From contig JBMOPW010000001.1 of the NCBI GenBank assembly GCA_049322915.1, positions 1 through 64,000 of the forward strand: DNA of 64,000 nt, in the 5' to 3' direction. Below, in pieces: positions 1 through 8,775 of this stretch. The position numbers and the translations under genes are program-made. Each line of letters opens with the position of its first letter. Positions within the stretch are counted from its first letter, which is position 1. The stretch is from Candidatus Zhuqueibacterota bacterium. GTDB lineage: Bacteria; Zhuqueibacterota; Zhuqueibacteria; Thermofontimicrobiales; Thermofontimicrobiaceae. Below the pieces are notes generated by a model. The model was not told the origin of the DNA, made no database searches, and saw nothing but the letters and a program-made list of their open reading frames with translations.

Positions 1-2
1 AT

Positions 3-50
3 AAGGTAGAAGTAAAAAGAAAGGTGAGGATATTACCGGATAGAGAATAA
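3..50 (+). CDS. C-terminal end of a gene cut by the window edge, possibly a GxxExxY-family protein
   Basis: The frame reads KVEVKRKVRILPDRE*. It is followed by a ca-tcctgtt-atcctgtc repeat of the kind often seen next to GxxExxY genes. Only 15 codons are visible. Confidence 0.3.
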   Translation, partial: KVEVKRKVRILPDRE

Positions 51-169
51 TCCGGTAAATCATTATCATCCTGTTATCCTGTCCAAAGTAAACAAATACA
101 ACTTTTGATCCCCTGGGATCAATTACCTAAAATGAAATGTCAAATGAGGGTATAACGCATTATTTTAGT

Positions 170-202
170 ATGGAGGACATCGACTGTGCCGATGCACTCC
201 AT
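170..202. repeat. Imperfect REP-like palindrome
   Basis: ATGGAG-GA-CATCG-N7-CGATG-CA-CTCCAT. Confidence 0.5.
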
Positions 203-272
203 GTTTTTAGAAATTAAATACTACGAATGACCAGTTAATATTTTGACGCCTATATAATTATTGGACATACGC

Positions 273-300
273 GTAGTGGACGGTCGCGACCGTCCACTAC
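273..300. repeat. Perfect 28-bp REP-like palindrome beginning with GTAG
   Basis: gtagtggacggtcg|cgaccgtccactac. Confidence 0.7.
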
Positions 301-487
301 CAATACAAAAAGTATCGAATTTATTGCACATGATTTCAACTGGTCATTCATATTAAATAGCTAAATTTGATTATAAAAATCCATTTTAGAAATCAAAGTG
401 GTATTTTTAAAAATTCATTTTAGAATGACAGGCAGTCATTCAAACACCCGGCAAAATACGGGTGCATCGAACATTGGAGAAAAATTC

Positions 488-1906
488 ATGATAAAGCTCA
501 TCATTGAAAAGGAACTGCGCGACATCATTGGTTCGACCAAGTTTGCGGTGACGTTTGGCGTATGCGCGGTTCTCATTTTACTCACTTTTTATGTGGGAGC
601 GAAAAATCACCAGCTCCATGTGGCGCGCTACGAAGCAGCTCGGGCGGAGAATTTCCGAAAGATGGAAGGGCTGACCGACTGGCTGCGTGTGAATGACCAT
701 CGGATTTTCCTGCCGCCGCAACCATTGGAGTCCCTGGTGACCGGCGTCTCCAACGATATTGGCCGCACCATTGAAATGCGGGGGCGCGGAGAACTCCATG
801 CCGTGGACAGCCGATTCAACGACGATCCCATTTTTGCCGTGTTCCAGTTTCTGGACCTGAATTTTATCTTCACCATTGTGCTCTCGCTGTTCGCCATCCT
901 GTTCGCGTTCGACGCCATCAGCGGGGAGAAAGAGCGCGGCACGCTGCGGCTGTCGTTTTCGCACGGCGTCCCCAGAGACAAGTATATTCTGGCCAAAGTG
1001 GCCGGCTCGTTTCTGGCGCTGAGCATTCCCTTGCTCATTCCCATCCTGTTGGGGGCGATGCTCCTTCCGGCGCTGCATGTTTATTTGACCGGCGAGGAAT
1101 GGATCCGGCTCGGCCTCATCTTTCTGGTCGGGCTGCTGTACTTCGGCGTATTTCTGACCCTGTCGATTTTCGTCTCGGCGCTGAATAGAAAATCATCCAA
1201 TGCCTTTCTCACGCTGCTGGTCATCTGGATCGCTGCTGTCTTCATTATGCCGCGCTGCGCTGTGCTGCTGGCAGGCCGGGCAGTGGAGGTCGCTTCGGTG
1301 GATCAACTGGCGTCTCAAAAGAGCCGCTATCGCGCGCAACTCTGGAAGGAGGATCAGGATCGGTTGGCCAGTTACAAGCCCAAACCGGATGGGGATCCCC
1401 AGGCCATCATGCAGGAATTCAATTCGTTCATGCAGGAGCTGGCGGACGCACGGAATGAAAAGCTTCAGCAGCTCACGAACCGGTTGAATGAGGAGCGCCG
1501 TAACATGCAGGTGCAGCAGGAGCGTCTGGCATTTGGCCTGGCGCGAATTTCGCCCAGCGCGCTGTTCTCCCTGGCCGCGTCGTCGCTGGCCGGCACATCC
1601 ATCGATGTGAAGCAGCATTTCCTGGTGGAAGCGAACGGCTATCAGGGCGCCTATTCGCATTTCATGAAAGAGAAGACCGGATTGAACCTGGGCGGCGATG
1701 TCATCCTGTTTCGGGTGGAAAACGATGGGGATGATGAAAAGGAAAAAGCCATCGATCCCAGGGAATTGCCCGAATTCGCCTATCATAAAACGCCGCTGCC
1801 CGAAGTGTTGAACGCATCCATGCTGGATGTGGGGTTGTTGATCCTGTTCAACATCCTGTTTTTTGCCGGCGCGTTCGTCGCGTTTCTCCGGTATGATGTG
1901 CGTTGA
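488..1906 (+). CDS. ABC-2 type transporter permease with a large extracytoplasmic loop
   Basis: Starts MIKLIIEKELRD; motif DAISGEKERGTLRL..PRDKYILAK; multiple TM helices; ends FLRYDVR; ggaga RBS before ATG 488. Confidence 0.85.
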   Translation: MIKLIIEKELRDIIGSTKFAVTFGVCAVLILLTFYVGAKNHQLHVARYEAARAENFRKMEGLTDWLRVNDHRIFLPPQPLESLVTGVSNDIGRTIEMRGRGELHAVDSRFNDDPIFAVFQFLDLNFIFTIVLSLFAILFAFDAISGEKERGTLRLSFSHGVPRDKYILAKVAGSFLALSIPLLIPILLGAMLLPALHVYLTGEEWIRLGLIFLVGLLYFGVFLTLSIFVSALNRKSSNAFLTLLVIWIAAVFIMPRCAVLLAGRAVEVASVDQLASQKSRYRAQLWKEDQDRLASYKPKPDGDPQAIMQEFNSFMQELADARNEKLQQLTNRLNEERRNMQVQQERLAFGLARISPSALFSLAASSLAGTSIDVKQHFLVEANGYQGAYSHFMKEKTGLNLGGDVILFRVENDGDDEKEKAIDPRELPEFAYHKTPLPEVLNASMLDVGLLILFNILFFAGAFVAFLRYDVR

Positions 1907-2055
1907 CTCAGGAGGAGGAACAGCGTTGGGGTCGTGCGGCGAGCCGATGGTATTCATGGCGAACCATTGGACCCGAATTTGTCCCGGAGCAGGATTGCTG
2001 CCTTAAGCGGCGGATCAGGAATTGAACCGATGATGTATTCATAAAGGATAAAAAC

Positions 2056-3522
2056 ATGTTTGGCGCACTGATTGAAAAAGAATTAAAAGGTATGTTTCTG
2101 GGCCCCAAATTTCTCATGACGTTTGGCGTGTGTTCCCTGCTGATATTGCTCAGTCTCTTTCTGGGGATTCAGGATTACCGCGCAGCCGTGAGCGCATACC
2201 AGGCCGGCAACCAGTTGGTCGACCAGGAAATGCAGGAAAAAACCTCATGGATGTCGCTCAGCACGCGAATTTACCGCGAACCCAATCCCATGCAGATTTT
2301 CATTGCCGGGGTGAATCACGATATTGGCCGCTATGCCGGCATTCACCCCACGGAGCCGATCAAATTGACCAACAGCGTCTACTCGGATGATCCGATTTTC
2401 GCCGTGTTCCGGTTTCTGGATTTCAGCGTGATCGTGCAAATTGTACTTTCATTATTCGCCGTGCTGTTCACCTACGACGCCATTGCCGGGGAGCGGGAAA
2501 ATGGGACGCTCAGCCTGGTTTTCTCCAATGCCGTGCCGCGATTGAAATACATTCTGGCGAAATTTATCGGCTCCTGGCTGGGTATGGTCGTGCCGTTGCT
2601 GCTTCCATTGCTGTTCGGAATGCTCATGATTTTCCTGTTCCGGATTCCGTTCACCCAGCAGCACTGGCTGCAAATTGGCGCCCTGTTTGGGGCGTCGCTG
2701 CTGTACTTCACGTTTTTCATCGCGCTGGGGATTTTCATTTCTTCCCTGACGCGCCGCGCGTCCGTGTCGTTTCTGATTCTGCTGGTGGTCTGGGTGACCT
2801 GCGTTTTCATTCTGCCGCGCATCGGCGTGATGATGGCCGGAAATTTCTATCCGGTGCCGTCAGCGGCGGAGATCGACGGGCAGATTGAAGGGTATTCCAA
2901 AGATCGCTGGGATCGCTATATCCAGGCCATGGAAGAGACGATGAGGAAGCGGAATGCGGAAATGGAAGGCCTGTCGGAATCGGAGCGAGAAGCCTATCGC
3001 GAGGCGCATTTATGGGAATGGATGCAGGAGAGCGATTCGCAGCGCAGTGGAGTTCAGGCCGACATCAATGAATTTTCCCGCAAGCTGAACGAGACGCAGC
3101 GAAATAAGCAGGCGGAGCAGGAGCGGCTGGCTTTTTCCCTGGCGCGAATTTCCCCGGCTGCGGCGTTTCAACTCACGGCCATGAATCTGGCGGAGACGGA
3201 TATCCGGCTCAAATCGCGGTTCGGGCAGTCGCTCGAAACGTATCATGCCAGCTTTGTCGATTATGCCGATCAGAAGCAGAAAGAGGGCGGCATGGGGGGA
3301 GGCATTCAGATTACTTTTGATTCGAATGATGGAATGAGATTTTCTTTCGGTCGCGACAAGGGCAAACTGGATGTGAGCGGACTGCCCCGCTATCAGTCCC
3401 CGGGCCGCTCCGTGATGCAGATTCTTCACCCGGCGCTGATGGATTTCACGCTGCTCGCCGTCTACACCCTGCTGGCGTTGACCGGCAGCTTTATGGCGTT
3501 CATGAAATACGATGTGCGGTGA
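2056..3522 (+). CDS. ABC-2 type transporter permease, paralogue of the upstream gene
   Basis: DAIAGERENGTLSL; shares DDPIFAVF and LARISP with the upstream permease; ends MKYDVR. Confidence 0.85.
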   Translation: MFGALIEKELKGMFLGPKFLMTFGVCSLLILLSLFLGIQDYRAAVSAYQAGNQLVDQEMQEKTSWMSLSTRIYREPNPMQIFIAGVNHDIGRYAGIHPTEPIKLTNSVYSDDPIFAVFRFLDFSVIVQIVLSLFAVLFTYDAIAGERENGTLSLVFSNAVPRLKYILAKFIGSWLGMVVPLLLPLLFGMLMIFLFRIPFTQQHWLQIGALFGASLLYFTFFIALGIFISSLTRRASVSFLILLVVWVTCVFILPRIGVMMAGNFYPVPSAAEIDGQIEGYSKDRWDRYIQAMEETMRKRNAEMEGLSESEREAYREAHLWEWMQESDSQRSGVQADINEFSRKLNETQRNKQAEQERLAFSLARISPAAAFQLTAMNLAETDIRLKSRFGQSLETYHASFVDYADQKQKEGGMGGGIQITFDSNDGMRFSFGRDKGKLDVSGLPRYQSPGRSVMQILHPALMDFTLLAVYTLLALTGSFMAFMKYDVR

Positions 3523-3866
3523 ACCGGAAGAAAAACAATGCCCGCATCCGGAGACCGGCGTGCGGGCATCACACGAAGAGAAAGATAGTTTTTGAAATCC
3601 GTGAATCGGGTCTGACTCATGACCGGCGCGGTGGGAGGAACGGCGCGCCGCTGTTTCTGCTGTGCATGCAACCGGGGTCGACGAAAAAAATGGTGGAGCA
3701 CATTGTCGCCGCAGGATCAATCATCGCTGCCGACCCGGCGGCAGGTGAAATCCCCGGCCGCTTTCGTTCCCTGTTGAACCTCTTTGTATCTCACCGGATT
3801 GAATGGGCATGAGCGGAGTTACAGCCGATCATGTCCACGACTGGCTGCAACTCCTGCATAAATCCT

Positions 3867-4712
3867 TTAAGCCGATGGGCCGGAAGAGTCGTTCTGATCT
3901 TCATCCCAGTAGCTTTTCACGCCATTGTTGTAATCAAACCATTCGATATAGCCGGAGAAGTCGCTGGAATTCCAGTAGATGGTGTTGGTTTTGTTAGCCG
4001 ATGCATCGAAGAATGTCAGCGAATTGTCCACTCCGTTTTCCTCGTACTTCAGCGTATCACCATAATCGGGACTGGCTTGTTTGATGTTCGAGAAAATCAA
4101 ATGCTTGTGAACGCTATCCTGAATGGCCCATTCGATTTTCAGGACTTCCAGATTCGAGGTCGGATTTAAATCGTCGTAGAACAACCACCAGCCTTCTTCA
4201 TTGCCAATAGTGGCGCGACCAGTGTACCAGAGGAAATGGTCTAATTGCGGCACGTGGGTATTGCTGGTGACGTAGACTTCCCAGACGACTTCGGAGTTGG
4301 GAATATCCACCCAGCCAGCCAGATCCACGCCGAACGTATTGAGCCCATGCTGCACGCTATAGGTCCAGTGAAATTTACCATCGCGCTCCAGTTCCGGCTC
4401 TTTGTCCAGACCAACGGCTGAGATGAAAATCGCCGTGGGGACAATGCTCGCCAATACAATGCCGGCATTGATGAACCACACGCGGAATGCAGCCGCGGTG
4501 AAATTATTCTTCGACATGGCGGATTTGGCCAGAGAGTTGCCGGGCGTGTTATCGAAGAACGAGAGCTCCAATTGCATCGATTCAACCGGGGGGAGAGTCG
4601 GCGGCGTCTTCTTTTCCGGCTCCGCCGGGTTTTTATCGCAGCCTGAAATGCTGATTAAAAATATCGATACGACTGCAAGTATCAAATTTTTGTTTCTGAA
4701 AAATGTGGTCAT
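3867..4712 (-). CDS. Lipoprotein of unknown function
   Basis: Signal peptide with lipobox ISG-C, Pro-rich linker, aromatic/beta-rich mature domain; ggagg RBS. Confidence 0.8.
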   Translation of the reverse strand: MTTFFRNKNLILAVVSIFLISISGCDKNPAEPEKKTPPTLPPVESMQLELSFFDNTPGNSLAKSAMSKNNFTAAAFRVWFINAGIVLASIVPTAIFISAVGLDKEPELERDGKFHWTYSVQHGLNTFGVDLAGWVDIPNSEVVWEVYVTSNTHVPQLDHFLWYTGRATIGNEEGWWLFYDDLNPTSNLEVLKIEWAIQDSVHKHLIFSNIKQASPDYGDTLKYEENGVDNSLTFFDASANKTNTIYWNSSDFSGYIEWFDYNNGVKSYWDEDQNDSSGPSA

Positions 4713-4740
4713 GGTGGCCTCCTTGTAATGTTGTCACTTG

Positions 4741-5454
4741 TTAGTTCTGGTTTAATTTTTTAATTGCTGTTTGGGCCTGGTCAACCCAGGGCGCCTGGCA
4801 GTTCTGATTTTTGTGCCGTTGAATGGCTTCATCGTAAGCATCCAGGGCCTGGCCATTTTTGTTCAAAGCCTCAAACGATTTGCCTAAGTAAAAATGGATC
4901 TCTCCACAATCTTCAATATCGGGATATTTCCCTAATATTTTATGGAGTTTCACAATGGTGTTGGGATAAAATTGCTGATCGTACAGTGCTCTGGCCCCGT
5001 TTTTTTCCCAGGCCCATTTGTCCGAATCCGATGCCGGGGAAGCGGCCTCTTCGTTCCGGGTCCTGGCTTCTCCGTGAACCACGCTCACATTCCCGACCTT
5101 CAACTGCGTCTTCTCCTTTCGCGGTTCGATCCGCTCCACTTTTTTGGACATGAGGAAGAGGAACAATTCCTTTTCTGTGATATGGCGGATATCCAGCACA
5201 TCCAGGCTCGAGTTGCTGTACAGCGTGAATGTCTTTCCGTCGTGAGTCAACAGCTCGACCCGTCCGTCCGGGCCGGTGATGATAGTGTCAATTTCCTCCA
5301 GAATCTGTCCCGGCGCGGCCGGCTGCCAGGTCTCTTCAACGCCGGGGCGCACATTGACAGCGCCGGACAATCTGACGATTTTTACCGTGTGTTGCGCCTG
5401 CGCCTGTTGGGCGAGAGTGAACATGATGATCAACCAAATCCTGAATGCTTTCAT
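4741..5454 (-). CDS. Exported FecR-like domain plus TPR protein
   Basis: Signal peptide (AQA); FecR-like VKIVRLSGAVNVR..W.PA..GQ.L...DTIITGPDGRVEL; C-terminal TPR (EIHFYLGKSFEAL...ALDAYDEAI); start reassigned to the ATG after the ggag RBS. Confidence 0.7.
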   Translation of the reverse strand: MKAFRIWLIIMFTLAQQAQAQHTVKIVRLSGAVNVRPGVEETWQPAAPGQILEEIDTIITGPDGRVELLTHDGKTFTLYSNSSLDVLDIRHITEKELFLFLMSKKVERIEPRKEKTQLKVGNVSVVHGEARTRNEEAASPASDSDKWAWEKNGARALYDQQFYPNTIVKLHKILGKYPDIEDCGEIHFYLGKSFEALNKNGQALDAYDEAIQRHKNQNCQAPWVDQAQTAIKKLNQN

Positions 5455-5552
5455 ATTATTTTCTCCCATGGGGCCTGAACACGTTCTGCCCGTTTTGTGA
5501 TGATTGGTAATGCGCTTGCCTTGTGAACAGGGCGAAAGCCTGTCCTTATCGG

Positions 5553-7148
5553 TCATTCGATATCGATGATGCGAACCCAGCCCTGTTCCAGGCCATTTTC
5601 GACCATACCTTCTTTCAGGTAATTGGTCGCGCCGGTCTTCCAGGCCTGTTCGAATCCCTGTTGAATGAGCGTCGTTTCCACCGGAATCCAGACCGTGCTT
5701 TTCCCGCTGGCTCTCTCGCGCACAATGAATCGCTTTTCGTTGCTGCTGATGACATGGGCCTGTGCCGGCTCCATCCCTGAATCGAACATCAGGTACAAAT
5801 GAGCGATGTCCTGCTGCGGATTTTTAACCTCAATGAATGCAGTTTTTATGCCAAGGCTTTCCAGCAGCGATGCGTACAGTACGACCAGATCGTCGCAGTC
5901 GCCGTGGCGCAGGTGCAGCGTCTCTGTCGCATATTGCACGCGATCATCTTTGTAAAACAAAATGTTGGGATCGCTGATGTACCGAATGTCATGCGACTGC
6001 AAGGCATCGAAAATGAGCTGCGCTTTTTGAAAATTACCGGAACCAGCCAGGTTATCGAAGAGGTGGCTCTGGATAGCGGCGCGCGAGAAGTCCAGGATTT
6101 CCGGGTTGTCCGGGGTGACGAAGAGTCCCAATTTATCCATGTCGCCATTCCAAGCGTTCCGGTTGTGAACCATGATGTGCGCGCTGATTTCACGGGTGAG
6201 GGTTCGTCCGGCGCGCGCTTCGATGGAAATGTCCAGAACGGCCGGCTCGCGCTGTTCGGCGTTGAGCAGCGAATTCCCGAAAATGGCCGTGACCGGAATG
6301 TCCTGTGTTTTTCCGCGATCGATGTGGTAGGAGGGACTCTCCTTGACCCGCTCGGAATAGTGTTTGATCGAACTGCGAATTTTGACATCAATGGGATAGC
6401 CGGCGACGTTTTTCACCGAAACCAGGGCCAGCGGGTAGGTGTTGTAAAACTGGTAATACGCCGGATAGATGTCAGTCACCACCAGTTTTATGTCTTTGAT
6501 CTGAAAAATCTCGCGCTTCTGGCCCCACATCACATTGAAGCCGAAGGCAAACTCCAGACCGCTGTAGTCTTTTTCAAATTGAAAATCGACGAAGTGATAT
6601 TTTGTATCGAAGTTAAGCGCGAACCAACTCGCCAGAACCAGGTTAACGCCTCCGCCGGCATAAGCGCCCCATCGCGACGATGACTCGAGCGTCGCTTCCA
6701 GCCCGGTGCTTTCACCTTTGATGCTCGTGGTCCAGTAGGGACCCCCACCGACCGAAAGATAGGGCTGCAGCGCACTGGGGAATCTTGTGGTTAAAAGATC
6801 GTATCGGACGCCGAACAGCAGCGGAACCACGGCGGAAATTTCAGTGCTCTGTGTGCCCCAAATGGTGTGCTCCTCATGGGCGCCACCCACAGCACCGAAA
6901 CTCATTTCCAGAAACCAATTTTCATGCGCGCGCGAGAAAAAGTAAATGCTTGCCCCGGCGCCGCCAATGTCGACAGTAGCTTGCTGGCCGTAGAAAGATG
7001 AGTTGATTGCCGTGGGGTGATTGGTCACATTCCAGAATCCAATCCGCAGACCAATGCCGGACGAACGAACTAACCCCTGAGCTGCCGCCTGGCCAGACAT
7101 CAGGAGAAGGAAAGAGAACATGAACGTTCGGATCGAAATTTTAACCAT
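5553..7148 (-). CDS. Outer-membrane beta-barrel fused to a transglutaminase-like (Cys-His-acid) domain
   Basis: Signal peptide; residues ~25-210 align by eye with the neighbouring 222-aa barrel; C-terminal GDCDDLVVLYASLLESLGI..HLYL..WIPVETT. Confidence 0.75.
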   Translation of the reverse strand: MVKISIRTFMFSFLLLMSGQAAAQGLVRSSGIGLRIGFWNVTNHPTAINSSFYGQQATVDIGGAGASIYFFSRAHENWFLEMSFGAVGGAHEEHTIWGTQSTEISAVVPLLFGVRYDLLTTRFPSALQPYLSVGGGPYWTTSIKGESTGLEATLESSSRWGAYAGGGVNLVLASWFALNFDTKYHFVDFQFEKDYSGLEFAFGFNVMWGQKREIFQIKDIKLVVTDIYPAYYQFYNTYPLALVSVKNVAGYPIDVKIRSSIKHYSERVKESPSYHIDRGKTQDIPVTAIFGNSLLNAEQREPAVLDISIEARAGRTLTREISAHIMVHNRNAWNGDMDKLGLFVTPDNPEILDFSRAAIQSHLFDNLAGSGNFQKAQLIFDALQSHDIRYISDPNILFYKDDRVQYATETLHLRHGDCDDLVVLYASLLESLGIKTAFIEVKNPQQDIAHLYLMFDSGMEPAQAHVISSNEKRFIVRERASGKSTVWIPVETTLIQQGFEQAWKTGATNYLKEGMVENGLEQGWVRIIDIE

Positions 7149-7406
7149 GTTTTATTCCTTGTGGTTCAATGGGTGTATCAAGTGAATATATCGACTCACA
7201 GAGCCTGGTTTCATTGAGTGAATTTACTCTGCATCGACATCGTGAGTCGTGATTTGAATCATTCGCCGTACAAAAAACTGATCCTGGAGTGAAGGCCTGG
7301 TGTTCCGGGCAGTGAGAAGAAGTCGCCTGTCGTGTGTTTCACTGCCTGGAAATCCCATAGCGTTGACGATTGACCGCACTCGAAAATTTCGCGACTGCGG
7401 ATGGGG

Positions 7407-8075
7407 TTACAGTTTGTAATCTCCCCACATCACGCAGAGACCAAATCCCCATTCATAGCCGCTGTACTTGTGATTTTTATTGAAATCGATGAAATGGTAT
7501 TTCATGTCGATATTCATTCCCAGCCAACTGGTGAGCATGAAATTCGCGCCGGCGCCGGCATAGCCGCCGCGATTGAATTCCGTACTCACGGTTACTTCTT
7601 CATGAAATGCAGTCTGTGTGACGTTCACCGTGGAGATCCAATACGGCCCTCCGCCGAGGGAAATGTACGGCCGAAGACCGCTCTGATTTTCCGCAGAGAG
7701 CAGTTCATATCTGAGTCCCAGCAGGATGGGAGTGACGGCAAATACGTCGACATTCTGTTCGCTTTCATAGTAATTGTAATAATCACTGGTTGTCTCTTCA
7801 ACATTCCCGATGGCGCCGAATGACAATTCGAAAAACACGTAATCGTTCACGCGGGAGAACAGGTACAGCCAACCGCCTCCGCTGCCGACGCTCACTGATG
7901 AATTGCCGAAATGATTGGACACCGATACCAGCTCCGGATTGTCCGACATTTTCCAGTATGTCCCCCGAAATCCGATTCCCGTGGATTTTGGTTCGATGGA
8001 CCAGACAAGCGACGCTGATGACAGTAGCATCAGGCCTGCAACAATTGCAACGCATTTCATAAATGATGGTTTCAT
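7407..8075 (-). CDS. Small outer-membrane beta-barrel protein (OmpW/OmpA-TM-like)
   Basis: Signal peptide; amphipathic strands (RPYISLGGGPYW, GGYAGAGANF, NIDMKYHFIDF); ggaggt RBS. Confidence 0.8.
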   Translation of the reverse strand: MKPSFMKCVAIVAGLMLLSSASLVWSIEPKSTGIGFRGTYWKMSDNPELVSVSNHFGNSSVSVGSGGGWLYLFSRVNDYVFFELSFGAIGNVEETTSDYYNYYESEQNVDVFAVTPILLGLRYELLSAENQSGLRPYISLGGGPYWISTVNVTQTAFHEEVTVSTEFNRGGYAGAGANFMLTSWLGMNIDMKYHFIDFNKNHKYSGYEWGFGLCVMWGDYKL

Positions 8076-8132
8076 TTTACACCTCCGATATGGTTAGACT
8101 TCCTGAATCACTTGCTTGCTGCGATGACTACA

Positions 8133-8149
8133 TGCAAAGGGGATGCCAA
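8133..8149 (-). promoter_or_regulatory. Sigma-54 (-24/-12) promoter of the barrel operon
   Basis: Minus strand reads TTGGCATCCCCTTTGCA, i.e. GG-N10-GC with near-consensus TGGCA..TTGCA, about 60 bp upstream of the start at 8075. Confidence 0.8.
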
Positions 8150-8233
8150 TTCCATTTTCGGAAAAGTGTGAGCGATTAATCCCATATTTTGAATGACATA
8201 ATTCATTGAAGAAAGGAAATGGCTGGTATTCCC

Positions 8234-8294
8234 GGAATGCGGAAATTACCTGGAGTGCGGAATTATTCCTCAGTTCAGCGCGCGTCATTTCCGC
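8234..8294. promoter_or_regulatory. Candidate upstream activator sequence (enhancer) for the sigma-54 activator
   Basis: GGARTGCGGAA direct repeat (8234, 8252); near-palindrome TGCGGAAT-T-ATTCCTCA (8256-8272); inverted half-site ATTTCCGC (8287); all about 85-145 bp upstream of the -24 box. Confidence 0.5.
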
Positions 8295-8338
8295 TTTGAT
8301 CCGAAGCCGGAGGGGCGCTCTTTGAAGCTTCTCAAATG

Positions 8339-8697
8339 AACCGCAGCGGTCGCGAAGGGCGCAGAGAAAAGACCAGGTTTGAATTGGCCAGAGTGATTAT
8401 AAATTTTCAATCAAACAATGAAAATCATGTTCACCCCTAGTGCGCTAAAGCGCAAGTGAAACGTCAGACGTGAGAAGTGAGATGTAAAACAATATTCGTT
8501 TGGCATTTCACTTTTCATTATGTGTTAGAAGGGATTCCCGTGTTGTATTAAAACATTTTGCACAAAAATTCAAAAGTTATGTTGTAATACTATAGTCACA
8601 GAAGACCAGAACAACCAGGAAAATACCTGGTCTCATAAGATTGCAAACAGCTTTTTTTCAACACCAAAACGCTGCGTACCTCTGCGACCTCTGCGTT
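8339..8697. repeat. Degenerate inverted CGCAGAG-type repeats flanking an AT-rich segment that holds a heptamer tandem repeat
   Basis: aaccgcagcggtcgcgaagggcgcagag (8339) versus cgctgcgtacctctgcgacctctgcgtt (8670); agtgaaa-cgtcaga-cgtgaga-agtgaga at 8455-8482. Confidence 0.5.
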
Positions 8698-8775
8698 AGA
8701 AAAGATATGGGTAAGGATGAGCCTTTTTCGGACAGACACTACTTTTTGAAACCGGCCGCAGTGCTTTTGGGAGCG

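Noticed and set aside
3519..3812. 97-aa + strand ORF after the permeases
   Set aside because: No motifs, atypical composition; lies in a convergent intergenic gap
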